Positions 9,782 through 19,196 are shown, numbered from the stretch's first letter. The stretch is 64,000 bases of DNA from Methyloradius sp. (GCA_035460505.1 DATHWP010000091.1:14554-78553); one strand, 5' to 3'. Numbers and translations are program-made. Notes: generated by a model from the letters alone, not told the origin.

Positions 9782-11206
9782 ATGGATACTGCAAATAAAC
9801 GCCCTTTTGATGAAATGCAGCTAGCCAACGATACGGTGCGTGACATTTACGCGCTCTATGCTGAATGGCTGCGCGATGTTCCACTTGCTCAACTTGAGAG
9901 CAAACGGTTAGAAGCCGAACTCCTGTTCCGTCGAGTTGGTATTACCTTCAACGTGTATGGTGAAACCGCAGGTGCCGAGCGCCTAATTCCATTTGATGTG
10001 GTGCCGCGAATACTGGCAGCCGATGAATGGAGCAAGCTTTCTGATGGCGCCATCCAGCGCGTCAAAGCGCTCAATATGTTCCTGCATGATATTTATCATG
10101 ATCAGGAAATCATCAAGGCTGGCATTGTGCCCGCTTCAGTATTGACCAATTCGCAGTACCGCCCCGAGATGCAAGGCATTGACGTGCCAAACAATATTTA
10201 CGCGCATATCGCGGGTATTGATATTGTACGCACTGGCGAGAATGATTTTTACGTGCTGGAAGACAATCTACGTACACCTTCAGGTGTTTCGTACATGCTT
10301 GAAGACCGCAAGATGATGATGCGGCTTTTCCCTGATTTGTTCAGACGCTATTCCATCGCCCCAGTTGAGCATTATCCACAAGTGCTGCTGAATAACCTGC
10401 GTGCTGTGGCTCAACCTGGCGTAACAGACCCCGTGGTTGCGCTGATGACCCCAGGCGCCTATAACAGCGCCTATTTTGAGCATGCTTTCTTAGCCCAGCA
10501 AATGGGCATTGAACTGGTTGAAGGGCAAGATCTATTCGTCCGTGATAATGCCGTGTATATGCGCACGACTGAAGGCCCTAAAAAAGTCGATGTCATCTAT
10601 CGTCGTATTGATGATGATTTCATTGATCCGCTGGCGTTTAAAGCAGACTCTATGCTGGGCGTTCCAGGCTTGTTATCTGTCTATCAAAATGGTGGCGTCA
10701 CGCTTGCTAACGCTGTTGGTACAGGGGTGGCAGATGACAAGGCTATCTACATTTATGTGCCAGAGATGATTCGTTATTACTTGGGTGAAGAACCGATACT
10801 AGCTAATGTGCCGACTTATCAGTTGAGCAAAGAAGACGATTTGAAGTATGTGTTGGCGCACTTGCCTGAACTGGTCGTGAAAGAAGTGCAAGGCTCAGGC
10901 GGTTACGGCATGCTGGTTGGTCCTGCAGCCACCAAAGCTGAGATTAAAGAATTTACCTTGCGTATAGTTTCCAACCCGTCCAACTATATTGCCCAACCTA
11001 CATTGGCTCTATCTACCTGCCCTACCTTGGTCGAGCAGGGACTTGCGCCACGCCATGTTGATCTGCGTCCGTTTGTGTTGTCTGGCAAGGCCGTCACCCT
11101 TGTGCCTGGCGCGCTGTGCCGTGTGGCCTTGCGTGATGGTTCGCTGGTGGTTAATTCATCACAGGGTGGTGGTACTAAAGATACATGGGTGCTTAACCAT
11201 GCCTAA
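9782..11206 (+). CDS. Circularly permuted type 2 ATP-grasp protein
   Basis: GITFNVY, ERLIPFD, VLEDNLRTPSGVSY, SAYFEH, DVIYRRIDD, GSGGYG, RHVDLRPF, VVNSSQGGGTKDTWV. Confidence 0.93.
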   Translation: MDTANKRPFDEMQLANDTVRDIYALYAEWLRDVPLAQLESKRLEAELLFRRVGITFNVYGETAGAERLIPFDVVPRILAADEWSKLSDGAIQRVKALNMFLHDIYHDQEIIKAGIVPASVLTNSQYRPEMQGIDVPNNIYAHIAGIDIVRTGENDFYVLEDNLRTPSGVSYMLEDRKMMMRLFPDLFRRYSIAPVEHYPQVLLNNLRAVAQPGVTDPVVALMTPGAYNSAYFEHAFLAQQMGIELVEGQDLFVRDNAVYMRTTEGPKKVDVIYRRIDDDFIDPLAFKADSMLGVPGLLSVYQNGGVTLANAVGTGVADDKAIYIYVPEMIRYYLGEEPILANVPTYQLSKEDDLKYVLAHLPELVVKEVQGSGGYGMLVGPAATKAEIKEFTLRIVSNPSNYIAQPTLALSTCPTLVEQGLAPRHVDLRPFVLSGKAVTLVPGALCRVALRDGSLVVNSSQGGGTKDTWVLNHA

Positions 11207-11235
11207 ATGCTTATGTATGTGTAGAGGTTTTAATA

Positions 11236-12183
11236 ATGTTAAGTAGAACCGCTGATCACCTGTACTGGATGGCGCGCTATATTGAGCGCGCTGAGAATAT
11301 GGCGCGCGTGCTTGATGTCACAGCGAATATGTCACTGATTACCAACCCTGCAGATCAGACTGAAGCTGCTTTGTGGCGCCCAGCTTTGCAGATTTGTGGC
11401 GATGTTGTCGCATATGAAGAAGCTTATGGCGAATGCACTGCTGCTAATGTCATCAAGTTTCTGACCATGGATGACAATAACCCATCAAGCATCTACAGCA
11501 CACTTCGCAGCGCACGTGAGAATGCGCGTGCGGTGCGTGTTGCCATGACCTCTGAAACTTGGGAAAGCATCAACACGCTTTGGTTGGAATTCAGTCAATT
11601 TATAGGTGCGGACTTTTCAAAAAATGGCCTTCATGAGTTCTGTGAATGGGTGAAAGCACGCTCTCATCTGTTCCGTGGCGTTTCTTTCGGTACGATGTTG
11701 CGCGATGATTCTTTCCGCTTTTTGCGTTTGGGCTCGTTCATTGAACGTGCTGACAACACTGCCAGAATCCTGGATGTGAAATACCATATTTTGCAGCCGA
11801 TAGATGAAGAAACTGGTGGCGTGGATTACTACGCCTGGAGTGCGGTGTTGCGCTCTGTCTCTTCGTTCCAGGCCTATCAAAAAGTGTTCAGAGATACCAT
11901 TGACCCACAAAAAGTAGCTGAGATGATGGTATTGAGAAGTGATATGCCACGCTCTTTGCATGCTTGCTATGAGGAGATAGTGTCTATCGTCCAACAGCTT
12001 TCGGATCGTCGTCCAACAGAATGTAAGCGACTCTCAGGCCAGCTACTTTCATCATTGCGCTACGGCAAAATGGAAACCATTTTCGAGCAGGGTCTGCATG
12101 AGTTTCTGGCTGATTTTCTGAGAAGTAACAATAGGCTCGGTGGCGAGATTCAACGTACTTTTTTCAACGCTGCTGAAGTTTAG
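11236..12183 (+). CDS. Alpha-E domain protein
   Basis: MLSRTADHLYWMARYIERAENMAR, ARENAR, IERADNTARILDVKY, PRS. Confidence 0.93.
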   Translation: MLSRTADHLYWMARYIERAENMARVLDVTANMSLITNPADQTEAALWRPALQICGDVVAYEEAYGECTAANVIKFLTMDDNNPSSIYSTLRSARENARAVRVAMTSETWESINTLWLEFSQFIGADFSKNGLHEFCEWVKARSHLFRGVSFGTMLRDDSFRFLRLGSFIERADNTARILDVKYHILQPIDEETGGVDYYAWSAVLRSVSSFQAYQKVFRDTIDPQKVAEMMVLRSDMPRSLHACYEEIVSIVQQLSDRRPTECKRLSGQLLSSLRYGKMETIFEQGLHEFLADFLRSNNRLGGEIQRTFFNAAEV

Positions 12184-12198
12184 AGGCTCGATTTTCGC
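12184..12198 (+). promoter_or_regulatory. Possible internal sigma54 promoter upstream of the small QQQ ORF
   Basis: AGGCTCGATTTTCGC = GG-N10-GC, starting immediately after the alpha-E stop codon. Confidence 0.35.
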
Positions 12199-12262
12199 GA
12201 TTGAGTCATCAAGCAGTATTCACTGCCATTTGCTAAAAAATAGGCTCAGCTAATTCAAAGTA

Positions 12263-12430
12263 ATGACCATCAAACCTGAAATCCTGTCTAATCCAATTCC
12301 AAAAAAGACTGTGCAGCAGCCTGATACTAGGGATACACTGCCAGAAAAGCAAATACAAACACGCGATCAGCCTGCGTATCCAAACAGCAAAGTCAAAATA
12401 CGTCAGGCAGAAGAAGCGCAACAGCAGTAA
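12263..12430 (+). CDS. Small 55-aa Gln/Lys/Pro-rich peptide ending in QQQ (absent from the ORF track)
   Basis: Manual translation MTIKPEILSNPIPKKTVQQPDTRDTLPEKQIQTRDQPAYPNSKVKIRQAEEAQQQ*; fills most of a 290-bp gap on the operon strand; Shine-Dalgarno weak. Confidence 0.55.
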   Translation: MTIKPEILSNPIPKKTVQQPDTRDTLPEKQIQTRDQPAYPNSKVKIRQAEEAQQQ

Positions 12431-12473
12431 ACATACATTCACAAGTTATTCACGCATTTAAAAGTTACCCAAT

Positions 12474-13706
12474 ATGAACGCAACTACTATTGATTCATTA
12501 CGCTTTACCCGTCACGGTGATAAACAAAACTCGGCTTTTTTTGAAGAATATCTAGTCCGTCTTCTCGAAGAGCGCGACCAACTCGGCCTCACCGCGCTGA
12601 TACACGAGATTGACGCCTTGATGATCACGGTGGACCCCGGGCATTCAATCCAGTACATCGCCGAACTGTCATTGATGACTTCATACCATTATCTGGTGAC
12701 CCTAGAGAGTGAGTCACACTGGACGCATATCTTGCGCATTGATCTTAATTCACCAGACATTTTGTTGCGTGAGGTGAAAGACCCGAATTTGCGTGGTATT
12801 TTCCGTTCATTGAACGAGGTTTATCCAGTTGGCGCCAAGAAACCTAATAGCCGCTACATGGGTGAAATCATCCGCGTGAGTAATTTGCACGATGTGGTCA
12901 AGCTTCAGCAAGCGCGTGAATTCCGTTTTTTCTCACAAGATGAAGTACGTAAAATGGAATTTCCTGGCAACATTGCGGTGAGTAAGCCTTCACCTTATAC
13001 CCATAATGTCGTTGGTTATCTTGAACGTAAACCTAGTGAGCTTCGTGTCTACGCACTTGGTATGAGCGTGATTAATCCAGAGGTACAAGCTGCCTACGAA
13101 GCTTCGAAAACGCTGCAGAAAAAGCTGAATTTTGATGAATTGTTGTTGCCGATCGATCACTTGGCAACGCGTGTCTATAGCCAAAATCGTGAAGTGGCAA
13201 TCTTGGAGTATTTGTCATTGACCAGTTACCACTTCTGGGGCGCCTACAATATTTTTGACCAGAACTCTTCGACTAACGTGACCAAGAGCGTGCATGATTT
13301 ACCGGAATCAAAAAGCCCAGCCAAGGTATTTACCGCCAACAACACGCCATATTTCGTCAGCCATTTAGAACATCTACCTTCGCCTACGGAAACATTCGTC
13401 CGTAACTATGGGCCACGCTTGCACCACATGGCGATTGCGGTGAAAGATGGCGAGACCGCAGGGCAGGAGAATATCGAATTCGTGGTCAAGGCCATTGCTG
13501 ACCAAGGTAAAGGTTTCTTGCTTGATGTGATTGGTTCTAAAGAAGAAGGCTTGAAACAGATATTCTCAAATGCTTCGGAACACTCATCACTGATTATTGA
13601 ATACGTGCAACGCTTTGGCGATTTTGACGGTTTCTTTACTCAAGATAACGTGGCTAAGCTGACTGAAGCTGCAGGCCATGAAGAATCACTCAATTACGCT
13701 GTGTAG
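12474..13706 (+). CDS. Divergent HPPD-like (two-domain VOC) putative Fe(II) enzyme of unknown function
   Basis: IDHLA (H229), SPTETFVRNYGPRLHHMAI (H318), LKQIFS, IIEYVQR (E376), then GF..N: same order as the motifs of 4-hydroxyphenylpyruvate dioxygenase. Confidence 0.65.
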   Translation: MNATTIDSLRFTRHGDKQNSAFFEEYLVRLLEERDQLGLTALIHEIDALMITVDPGHSIQYIAELSLMTSYHYLVTLESESHWTHILRIDLNSPDILLREVKDPNLRGIFRSLNEVYPVGAKKPNSRYMGEIIRVSNLHDVVKLQQAREFRFFSQDEVRKMEFPGNIAVSKPSPYTHNVVGYLERKPSELRVYALGMSVINPEVQAAYEASKTLQKKLNFDELLLPIDHLATRVYSQNREVAILEYLSLTSYHFWGAYNIFDQNSSTNVTKSVHDLPESKSPAKVFTANNTPYFVSHLEHLPSPTETFVRNYGPRLHHMAIAVKDGETAGQENIEFVVKAIADQGKGFLLDVIGSKEEGLKQIFSNASEHSSLIIEYVQRFGDFDGFFTQDNVAKLTEAAGHEESLNYAV

Positions 13707-13729
13707 ACTAAACAAAAAGTAAAAATATC

Positions 13730-14467
13730 ATGACGTATTGTGTCGCTGTTTTATTACCTGAAGGCCTAGTGCTTGCCTCTGATACCCGCACCAATGCTGG
13801 TGTTGATCAGGTTGCCGTATTTCCAAAAATGCATGTGTTTGAAGTGCGCGGCGAAAGAGTGATTACACTGCTCACATCAGGCAATCTCGCTATCACCCAA
13901 TCGGTAGTTAACCGCTTACGTGAGGCAGTGCGGACGGGCGCTGATAAAACCCTGGAAACAGCCGCTAGCATGTTTGAGGCCGCCACACTGGTGGGTGATG
14001 AAATTCGTGCTGCATTTGAGCGCGATGCATCACACCTTAAAAACCAGAATTCAGAATTTAGTGCCAATATCCTGCTCTCAGGCCAAATCAAAGGCGAAGC
14101 GCCGCGTCTGTTTCATATTTACTCAGCAGGCAATTTTATTGAGAGTAGCGATGAGACTCCGTATTTTCAGATTGGTGAAACCAAGTACGGTAAACCGATT
14201 ATTGATCGCGTAGTGAACCACAAAAGCGACATGATGGATGCAGTGAAATGTGTATTGATTTCGTTTGATTCAACTATCCGCAGTAACTTGTCGGTCGCTG
14301 CGCCTATAGACCTTATGCTGTACCACACTGATAGTTTCAATGCTGATTCACGTCAACGCATTACAGAAAAAGACGAGTATTACACCACTATCCGCCAAGG
14401 TTGGTCTGATGGTTTGAAGAAGGTCTTTAGTGCTTTGCCAAACCCAACTTGGACATTTGGTAAGTAA
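13730..14467 (+). CDS. Anbu proteasome-type (Ntn-hydrolase) peptidase
   Basis: N-terminal MTYC (Thr nucleophile), ASDTRTNAGVD, SGNLAITQ, QIGETKYGKPIIDR, DSTIRSNLSV. Confidence 0.93.
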   Translation: MTYCVAVLLPEGLVLASDTRTNAGVDQVAVFPKMHVFEVRGERVITLLTSGNLAITQSVVNRLREAVRTGADKTLETAASMFEAATLVGDEIRAAFERDASHLKNQNSEFSANILLSGQIKGEAPRLFHIYSAGNFIESSDETPYFQIGETKYGKPIIDRVVNHKSDMMDAVKCVLISFDSTIRSNLSVAAPIDLMLYHTDSFNADSRQRITEKDEYYTTIRQGWSDGLKKVFSALPNPTWTFGK

Positions 14468-14482
14468 GTTTGGCCTTAATGC

Positions 14483-14516
14483 ATGTGCGATAAGCGTGTG
14501 ATGACTTATCGCACAT
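14483..14516. terminator. Hairpin between convergent genes, probable terminator
   Basis: ATGTGCGATAAG-N10-CTTATCGCACAT. Confidence 0.6.
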
Positions 14517-14524
14517 CACATTAT

Positions 14525-15382
14525 TTATTTCTTGAGTGGCAACCAGACAAGCTCACCAGCTTTCATATCAGGCACCAATAGAGATTTCTCATCCACTGTC
14601 AGGCCTATATCCGCTGAGGCTTTAAAGCCAGACTTGATCAAAGTTGTCTTGCCATGATGCACTTCAAATACCTTGCCGTTCTTCCAGTCACTCACGTAAA
14701 TAACACCAGACTTGGTGCGTACTAGACCGTCGCCACCGCCAAAACCTTCAGCTTGTTCGGTCAGCGCTTTGGTGTTCAAGTCTAGGCTATATAAGACACC
14801 TGAGAAAAAATCCACATACAGCAAACTTTTGCGGTCATCGTTCACGATGATGCCGTTAGGGCCTAGTACACGTGGGTCATCACTCGCATTGAGCGTGAAT
14901 GTCACCTTACCCTGAGGGTTGATGCGGTAAATTGCACCACCACTGCCTTTATCAAGGTCGCCTGTTTCGCTGACGTAAAGATTACCTTCGTCATCTGATG
15001 CAAGGTCATTCAGAAAAAGTGGTTTTGCAGGGAATTCTTCGGCAGCAGTGAATACTGACCATTTGCCGTCTGGCGTGATTTTCAAGATGCGAGTTTTGTC
15101 AGCAACGTAAATATCCTTGCCAATTACAGCTAGGCCTTTAGGGTCGTCCAGACCAGTGGCGAATGCTTTCACTTTGCCATCCTTGGTGATTTCGCTGATC
15201 TGACCATCACCATCTTTGCCAAAGCCATTGATCTCAGATACAAACATGCGTCCATCTTTGAATACGAGTACCGATTCAGGTGTCTTGAAACCATCAATTT
15301 TTTTCACCGCTGTATCGGCTGCAAATGCAGAGCTGATAACAGGGGCTAAGGTTGCTGCCAGTAATAGGTTTTTCCAGTTCAT
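14525..15382 (-). CDS. Secreted SMP-30/gluconolactonase-like beta-propeller protein
   Basis: Signal peptide; TPES, FLND, GPNG, GDG and SADI propeller motifs. Confidence 0.78.
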   Translation of the reverse strand: MNWKNLLLAATLAPVISSAFAADTAVKKIDGFKTPESVLVFKDGRMFVSEINGFGKDGDGQISEITKDGKVKAFATGLDDPKGLAVIGKDIYVADKTRILKITPDGKWSVFTAAEEFPAKPLFLNDLASDDEGNLYVSETGDLDKGSGGAIYRINPQGKVTFTLNASDDPRVLGPNGIIVNDDRKSLLYVDFFSGVLYSLDLNTKALTEQAEGFGGGDGLVRTKSGVIYVSDWKNGKVFEVHHGKTTLIKSGFKASADIGLTVDEKSLLVPDMKAGELVWLPLKK

Positions 15383-15474
15383 ATAACCTCCAAAGTTCGT
15401 TTATTTTGTTTTACTGTCTCGATTAAAAAAATCATTTAAGCCAGTTAGTCTAAGCTTATCTGTTTTATCGCCAA

Positions 15475-16848
15475 TTAGTTACTTTTCACAACTGGTTTCT
15501 CAGCAGTCACGCGCCAGATTTTATTGCCGACATCATCTGCAACTAGCAACGCACCTTGTTTATCAATCATGACGCCAACAGGCCGACCTTGCGCTTCACC
15601 TTTACTATTCAGGAAGTCTGTTAAGACATCCACAGGCTGACCTGCTGCTTTGTCGCCATTAAATGGCACGAAAATCACTTTATAACCACTACGCGGGTTG
15701 CGATTCCAAGATCCATGCTGCCCTACAAACATGCCAGTTTTATATGCCTCTGGCAGCGTATTGCCTTTGGATGATGCTAACCCCAAGGATGCTGTGTGTG
15801 GCCCAAGCGCGTAGTCAGGGGCAATTGCACTGGCGACTAAATCAGGGTTTTGTGGCTCTACGCGCTGATCTACATGTTGGCCGTAATAGCTATATGGCCA
15901 GCCATAGAATGCGCCGTCTTTTACCGAGGTGATGTAGTCGGGCACTAAATCACTGCCAATTTCATCTCTTTCGTTCACTGCCGTCCAGAGCGCGCCGCTA
16001 GATGGCTCCCACGCCAATCCATTTGGGTTACGCAAGCCAGCAGCAAAAATTCTGTGTTCTCCAGTTTGTGGATTCACTTCCCAAATCGCAGCACGGCCTG
16101 CCTCGTTATCCATGCCTCGTTCTGCAACATTACTATTAGAGCCTACGGTGACATAAAGCTTGCTACCATCTTCACTGGCGATAATATTTTTAGTCCAGTG
16201 ATGATTGATTGCACCGCCTGGTAAATCGACTACGTTAGTGCCAACTCCAGTAATCTCAGTTTGACCAGTCTCATAATGAAAGCGTACAACGGCATCGGTA
16301 TTCGCCACATAAAAATCATGGCCAATCAGCGCCATGCCAAACGGTGAGTTCAGTCCTTGCAAAAATACTTTACGTTCATCGGCTACGCCATCGCCATTGG
16401 TGTCGCGTAATAGTGTGATGCGATTGGGCGTAGGGACACCAGCGCCCGCATGTGCCATCACCTTACCCATAATCCAGCCGCGGATTCCCTTGCCGTCGTC
16501 TGGTTTGGGCGGGGAATTGGTCTCCGCGACTAATACATCCCCATTCGGTAATTCATACAACCATCGTGGGTGATCCAGCCCCTCAGCAAATGCATTGACT
16601 GCCAAACCTTTCGCAACGGTGGGTTTGGCGTCGGCTGGCCAACCGACAGCTTTGGCTGTGTTCACAGTGGTGATCAGTGATTTATTAGGAGGCGGCAGAT
16701 TGGGATTTGTACCAATGCCATCAGACACCTGCAAGGTGGCTTTATCGCCACAGGCGGCAAGCGTCATTGCAATTAAACCAGGTAATACGTAACGAGATAA
16801 GCGCATAAGTTTCCTTTGTTGGTGGTTGATAGACATGTATACAACCAT
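15475..16848 (-). CDS. Sorbosone dehydrogenase family (PQQ-dependent sugar dehydrogenase) lipoprotein
   Basis: Lipobox LAAC; HPRWLY, NHHWTKN, VGSNSN, GLRNPNG, VNERD, HGSWNR, GRPVGV; start probably a later Met. Confidence 0.88.
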   Translation of the reverse strand: MVVYMSINHQQRKLMRLSRYVLPGLIAMTLAACGDKATLQVSDGIGTNPNLPPPNKSLITTVNTAKAVGWPADAKPTVAKGLAVNAFAEGLDHPRWLYELPNGDVLVAETNSPPKPDDGKGIRGWIMGKVMAHAGAGVPTPNRITLLRDTNGDGVADERKVFLQGLNSPFGMALIGHDFYVANTDAVVRFHYETGQTEITGVGTNVVDLPGGAINHHWTKNIIASEDGSKLYVTVGSNSNVAERGMDNEAGRAAIWEVNPQTGEHRIFAAGLRNPNGLAWEPSSGALWTAVNERDEIGSDLVPDYITSVKDGAFYGWPYSYYGQHVDQRVEPQNPDLVASAIAPDYALGPHTASLGLASSKGNTLPEAYKTGMFVGQHGSWNRNPRSGYKVIFVPFNGDKAAGQPVDVLTDFLNSKGEAQGRPVGVMIDKQGALLVADDVGNKIWRVTAEKPVVKSN

Positions 16849-16962
16849 GATAATTCAAGAAAATTATGCTGATGTGTTCAGAGGCTGTATGTAAGTCAAT
16901 GAGTGATTGTCGTGTAGGTCAAAGCGAGATGAGAGGAAATTGAATATCTAATAGGAGAAGTG

Positions 16963-18810
16963 CTATTTTTTTTGAGACACTTCAAACTCATCTAAAGGCA
17001 TGGGTTTTCCAAATAAATACCCTTGAAAAAGAGAGCAGCCATTTGCTTTCAGGAAATTGTACTGCTCTTCGGTTTCTACCCCCTCTGCAATCACTTCCAT
17101 TCCCAAGTTTCTGGCCATGCCGATAATGGTTTGTACGATGACTCCATCCCCATGTTTAACGCCGATATTGCGCACAAACGATTGGTCAATCTTTAATTGG
17201 CTGAGTGGTAATTGCGTGAGATACGAGAGTGATGAATAGCCAGTGCCAAAATCATCCATTGAGAAGCGCACGCCAGCATCTCTTAGGGCATGCATTTTTG
17301 TGATGACCGCCTCAATATCTTCTAGCACCATGCTTTCGGTTAACTCGAGTTTGAGCAGGTTGGGATTGATGTTTTTATTAATCAGCGTTTCAAGAACGTG
17401 CTCGATAAACTTATCTTGATGCAATTGGCATGCGCTGACATTCACTGCTAGCTGAAGTTTAGCGGTAACAGGGTCTTGCTCCCAGGCCTTAAGCTGGTCG
17501 CAGGCAGTTTCCAGTACCCATTTACCCATCGGCAGTATGAGCCCTGTTTCTTCGGCTAGTGGGATGAAGTGCAAGGGAGCAACCAGCCCTTTTTCGGGGG
17601 ATAGCCATCGAATCAGGACCTCTGATCCAATAATCTCACCAGCTTGGTTGACCTGCGGCTGGTAATAAAGCCTGAACTGATGATTGGCTAATCCATGCCG
17701 TAGATCATTTTCCAGATCCATCTTGGCTTCAAGCGATGCCTGCATGGCGGGGTCATAAAAGCGCAGGGTGTTGCGGCCAGTATTTTTTGCCTGATACATG
17801 GCAGCGTCCGCTCTTCTTAGCAGTTCTTCAGCACTTAATTCCTGGTTTTTGAAAAGACTGACGCCAATACTGGCTGAGCCTATGTATTCCTGTTTAAGTA
17901 ATAAGTATGGCTGGTTTAAAGCAAGCAGGCATTTCTCTCCAATTGCCTCAGCCATGGTGGCGGCGTGTTCAGCATGTGTATTTAAGTTTTCTAGAATAAT
18001 GACAAATTCATCACCACCTAATCTGGCGACGGTATCACCCTCTCTCACAGAGCAACGCAGACGATCAGCCACCATAATGAGCAACTGGTCGCCCACATTG
18101 TGGCCTTTGGTGTCATTCAGTATCTTGAAGTTATCAAGATCAATAAAAAGAAGCGCACCGTATTTTTGCTCACGCGAGCCAGATGCAAAGCAATGCTTAA
18201 GTCTATCGTTCATCAATCGACGATTAGGCAAGCCAGTCAACGGGTCATAAAAAGCAAGTTGCTCAATTTTATCTTCTGCTTCTTTTCTTCTAGCGATATC
18301 CAGTTGTAGTTCACGGTTGGCTTCTTCAAGCTGAATCGTCTTTTCTTCAAGCTTGCGAATGAGCGTTTCGCTATAAAGCTTGAGCAGTTGTTTTTCGCCG
18401 GCTACAGGAGAGGTCTCCTGTAGCGGCGTACCTGCAGCCACCTTGGTCATGACTTCAGTGACTCTGGCAATAAAGTCTTCAGGTTCGGCTGGTTTGAGTA
18501 TGAAAGCATCTGCCCCAAGGCTTAGTGCAAGCCGCTCGTCTTCAGCCTCGGTGTAGGTTGCCGTGTAAACAAGAAATGGAATTTTTCTTAAATTAGGGTC
18601 AACCTTCCAGTGCCTGAGCAGTGTGTAGCCATCCATCACGGGCATCAGCAGGTCTGAAATTACAATATCGGGGGGTGATTGCCTGGCTTTCACTAGAGCT
18701 TCTGCACCATGCTTTGCTGTTTGCACCTGATAACCATTGCCTGACATCAGCGCTTGCAGGTAATAGAGATTTTCTTCTTTATCATCAACAATCAGCGCGG
18801 TAGTCATCAT
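16963..18810 (-). CDS. REC-GGDEF-EAL response regulator (diguanylate cyclase/phosphodiesterase)
   Basis: N-terminal REC (VDD, SDLLMP, KP), YDPLTGLPNR, RLGGDEF, EVL, ELTES, DDFGTGYSS, AEGVE. Confidence 0.93.
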   Translation of the reverse strand: MMTTALIVDDKEENLYYLQALMSGNGYQVQTAKHGAEALVKARQSPPDIVISDLLMPVMDGYTLLRHWKVDPNLRKIPFLVYTATYTEAEDERLALSLGADAFILKPAEPEDFIARVTEVMTKVAAGTPLQETSPVAGEKQLLKLYSETLIRKLEEKTIQLEEANRELQLDIARRKEAEDKIEQLAFYDPLTGLPNRRLMNDRLKHCFASGSREQKYGALLFIDLDNFKILNDTKGHNVGDQLLIMVADRLRCSVREGDTVARLGGDEFVIILENLNTHAEHAATMAEAIGEKCLLALNQPYLLLKQEYIGSASIGVSLFKNQELSAEELLRRADAAMYQAKNTGRNTLRFYDPAMQASLEAKMDLENDLRHGLANHQFRLYYQPQVNQAGEIIGSEVLIRWLSPEKGLVAPLHFIPLAEETGLILPMGKWVLETACDQLKAWEQDPVTAKLQLAVNVSACQLHQDKFIEHVLETLINKNINPNLLKLELTESMVLEDIEAVITKMHALRDAGVRFSMDDFGTGYSSLSYLTQLPLSQLKIDQSFVRNIGVKHGDGVIVQTIIGMARNLGMEVIAEGVETEEQYNFLKANGCSLFQGYLFGKPMPLDEFEVSQKK

Positions 18811-18827
18811 GGGTCTCTATTTTGGTT

Positions 18828-19196
18828 TTATTGTTTGAAAAAACGACTAATCTCTGCCACAAATGTCTCTGGATTGATCGGCTTTTCAATGTAGCCGTTG
18901 CAACCCGCAGCTAATGATTTTTCGCGATCACCGACCATGGCATATGAAGTCACGGCAATAATCGGGATGTTACGTAAAGCCTCTATGCTTCTGAGCGTCT
19001 GGGCGACCATATAGCCATCCATGCCTGGTAACTGAATATCCAGCAGAATCAGATCTGGCATTAAGCTTTGAGCAAGTGCAATACCTTGAGGGCCATCAAA
19101 TGCAGCCACGATTTTGTGGCCATGCTGCTCGAGCAAAAAGGTCGCGAGGTATCGATTTTGTTCATTGTCTTCAATTAGTAGAATCGTCTGGCTCAT
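18828..19196 (-). CDS. Single-domain response regulator (DivK-like)
   Basis: IEDN, LLDIQLP, VTS, EKP; ATG 19196 overlaps the kinase stop (ATGA); track start 19256 judged too long. Confidence 0.9.
   Translation of the reverse strand: MSQTILLIEDNEQNRYLATFLLEQHGHKIVAAFDGPQGIALAQSLMPDLILLDIQLPGMDGYMVAQTLRSIEALRNIPIIAVTSYAMVGDREKSLAAGCNGYIEKPINPETFVAEISRFFKQ

Noticed and set aside
12233-12442. 69-aa minus-strand ORF in the track within the Anbu operon gap
   Set aside because: Antisense to the operon and most likely the shadow of the plus-strand 55-aa ORF.
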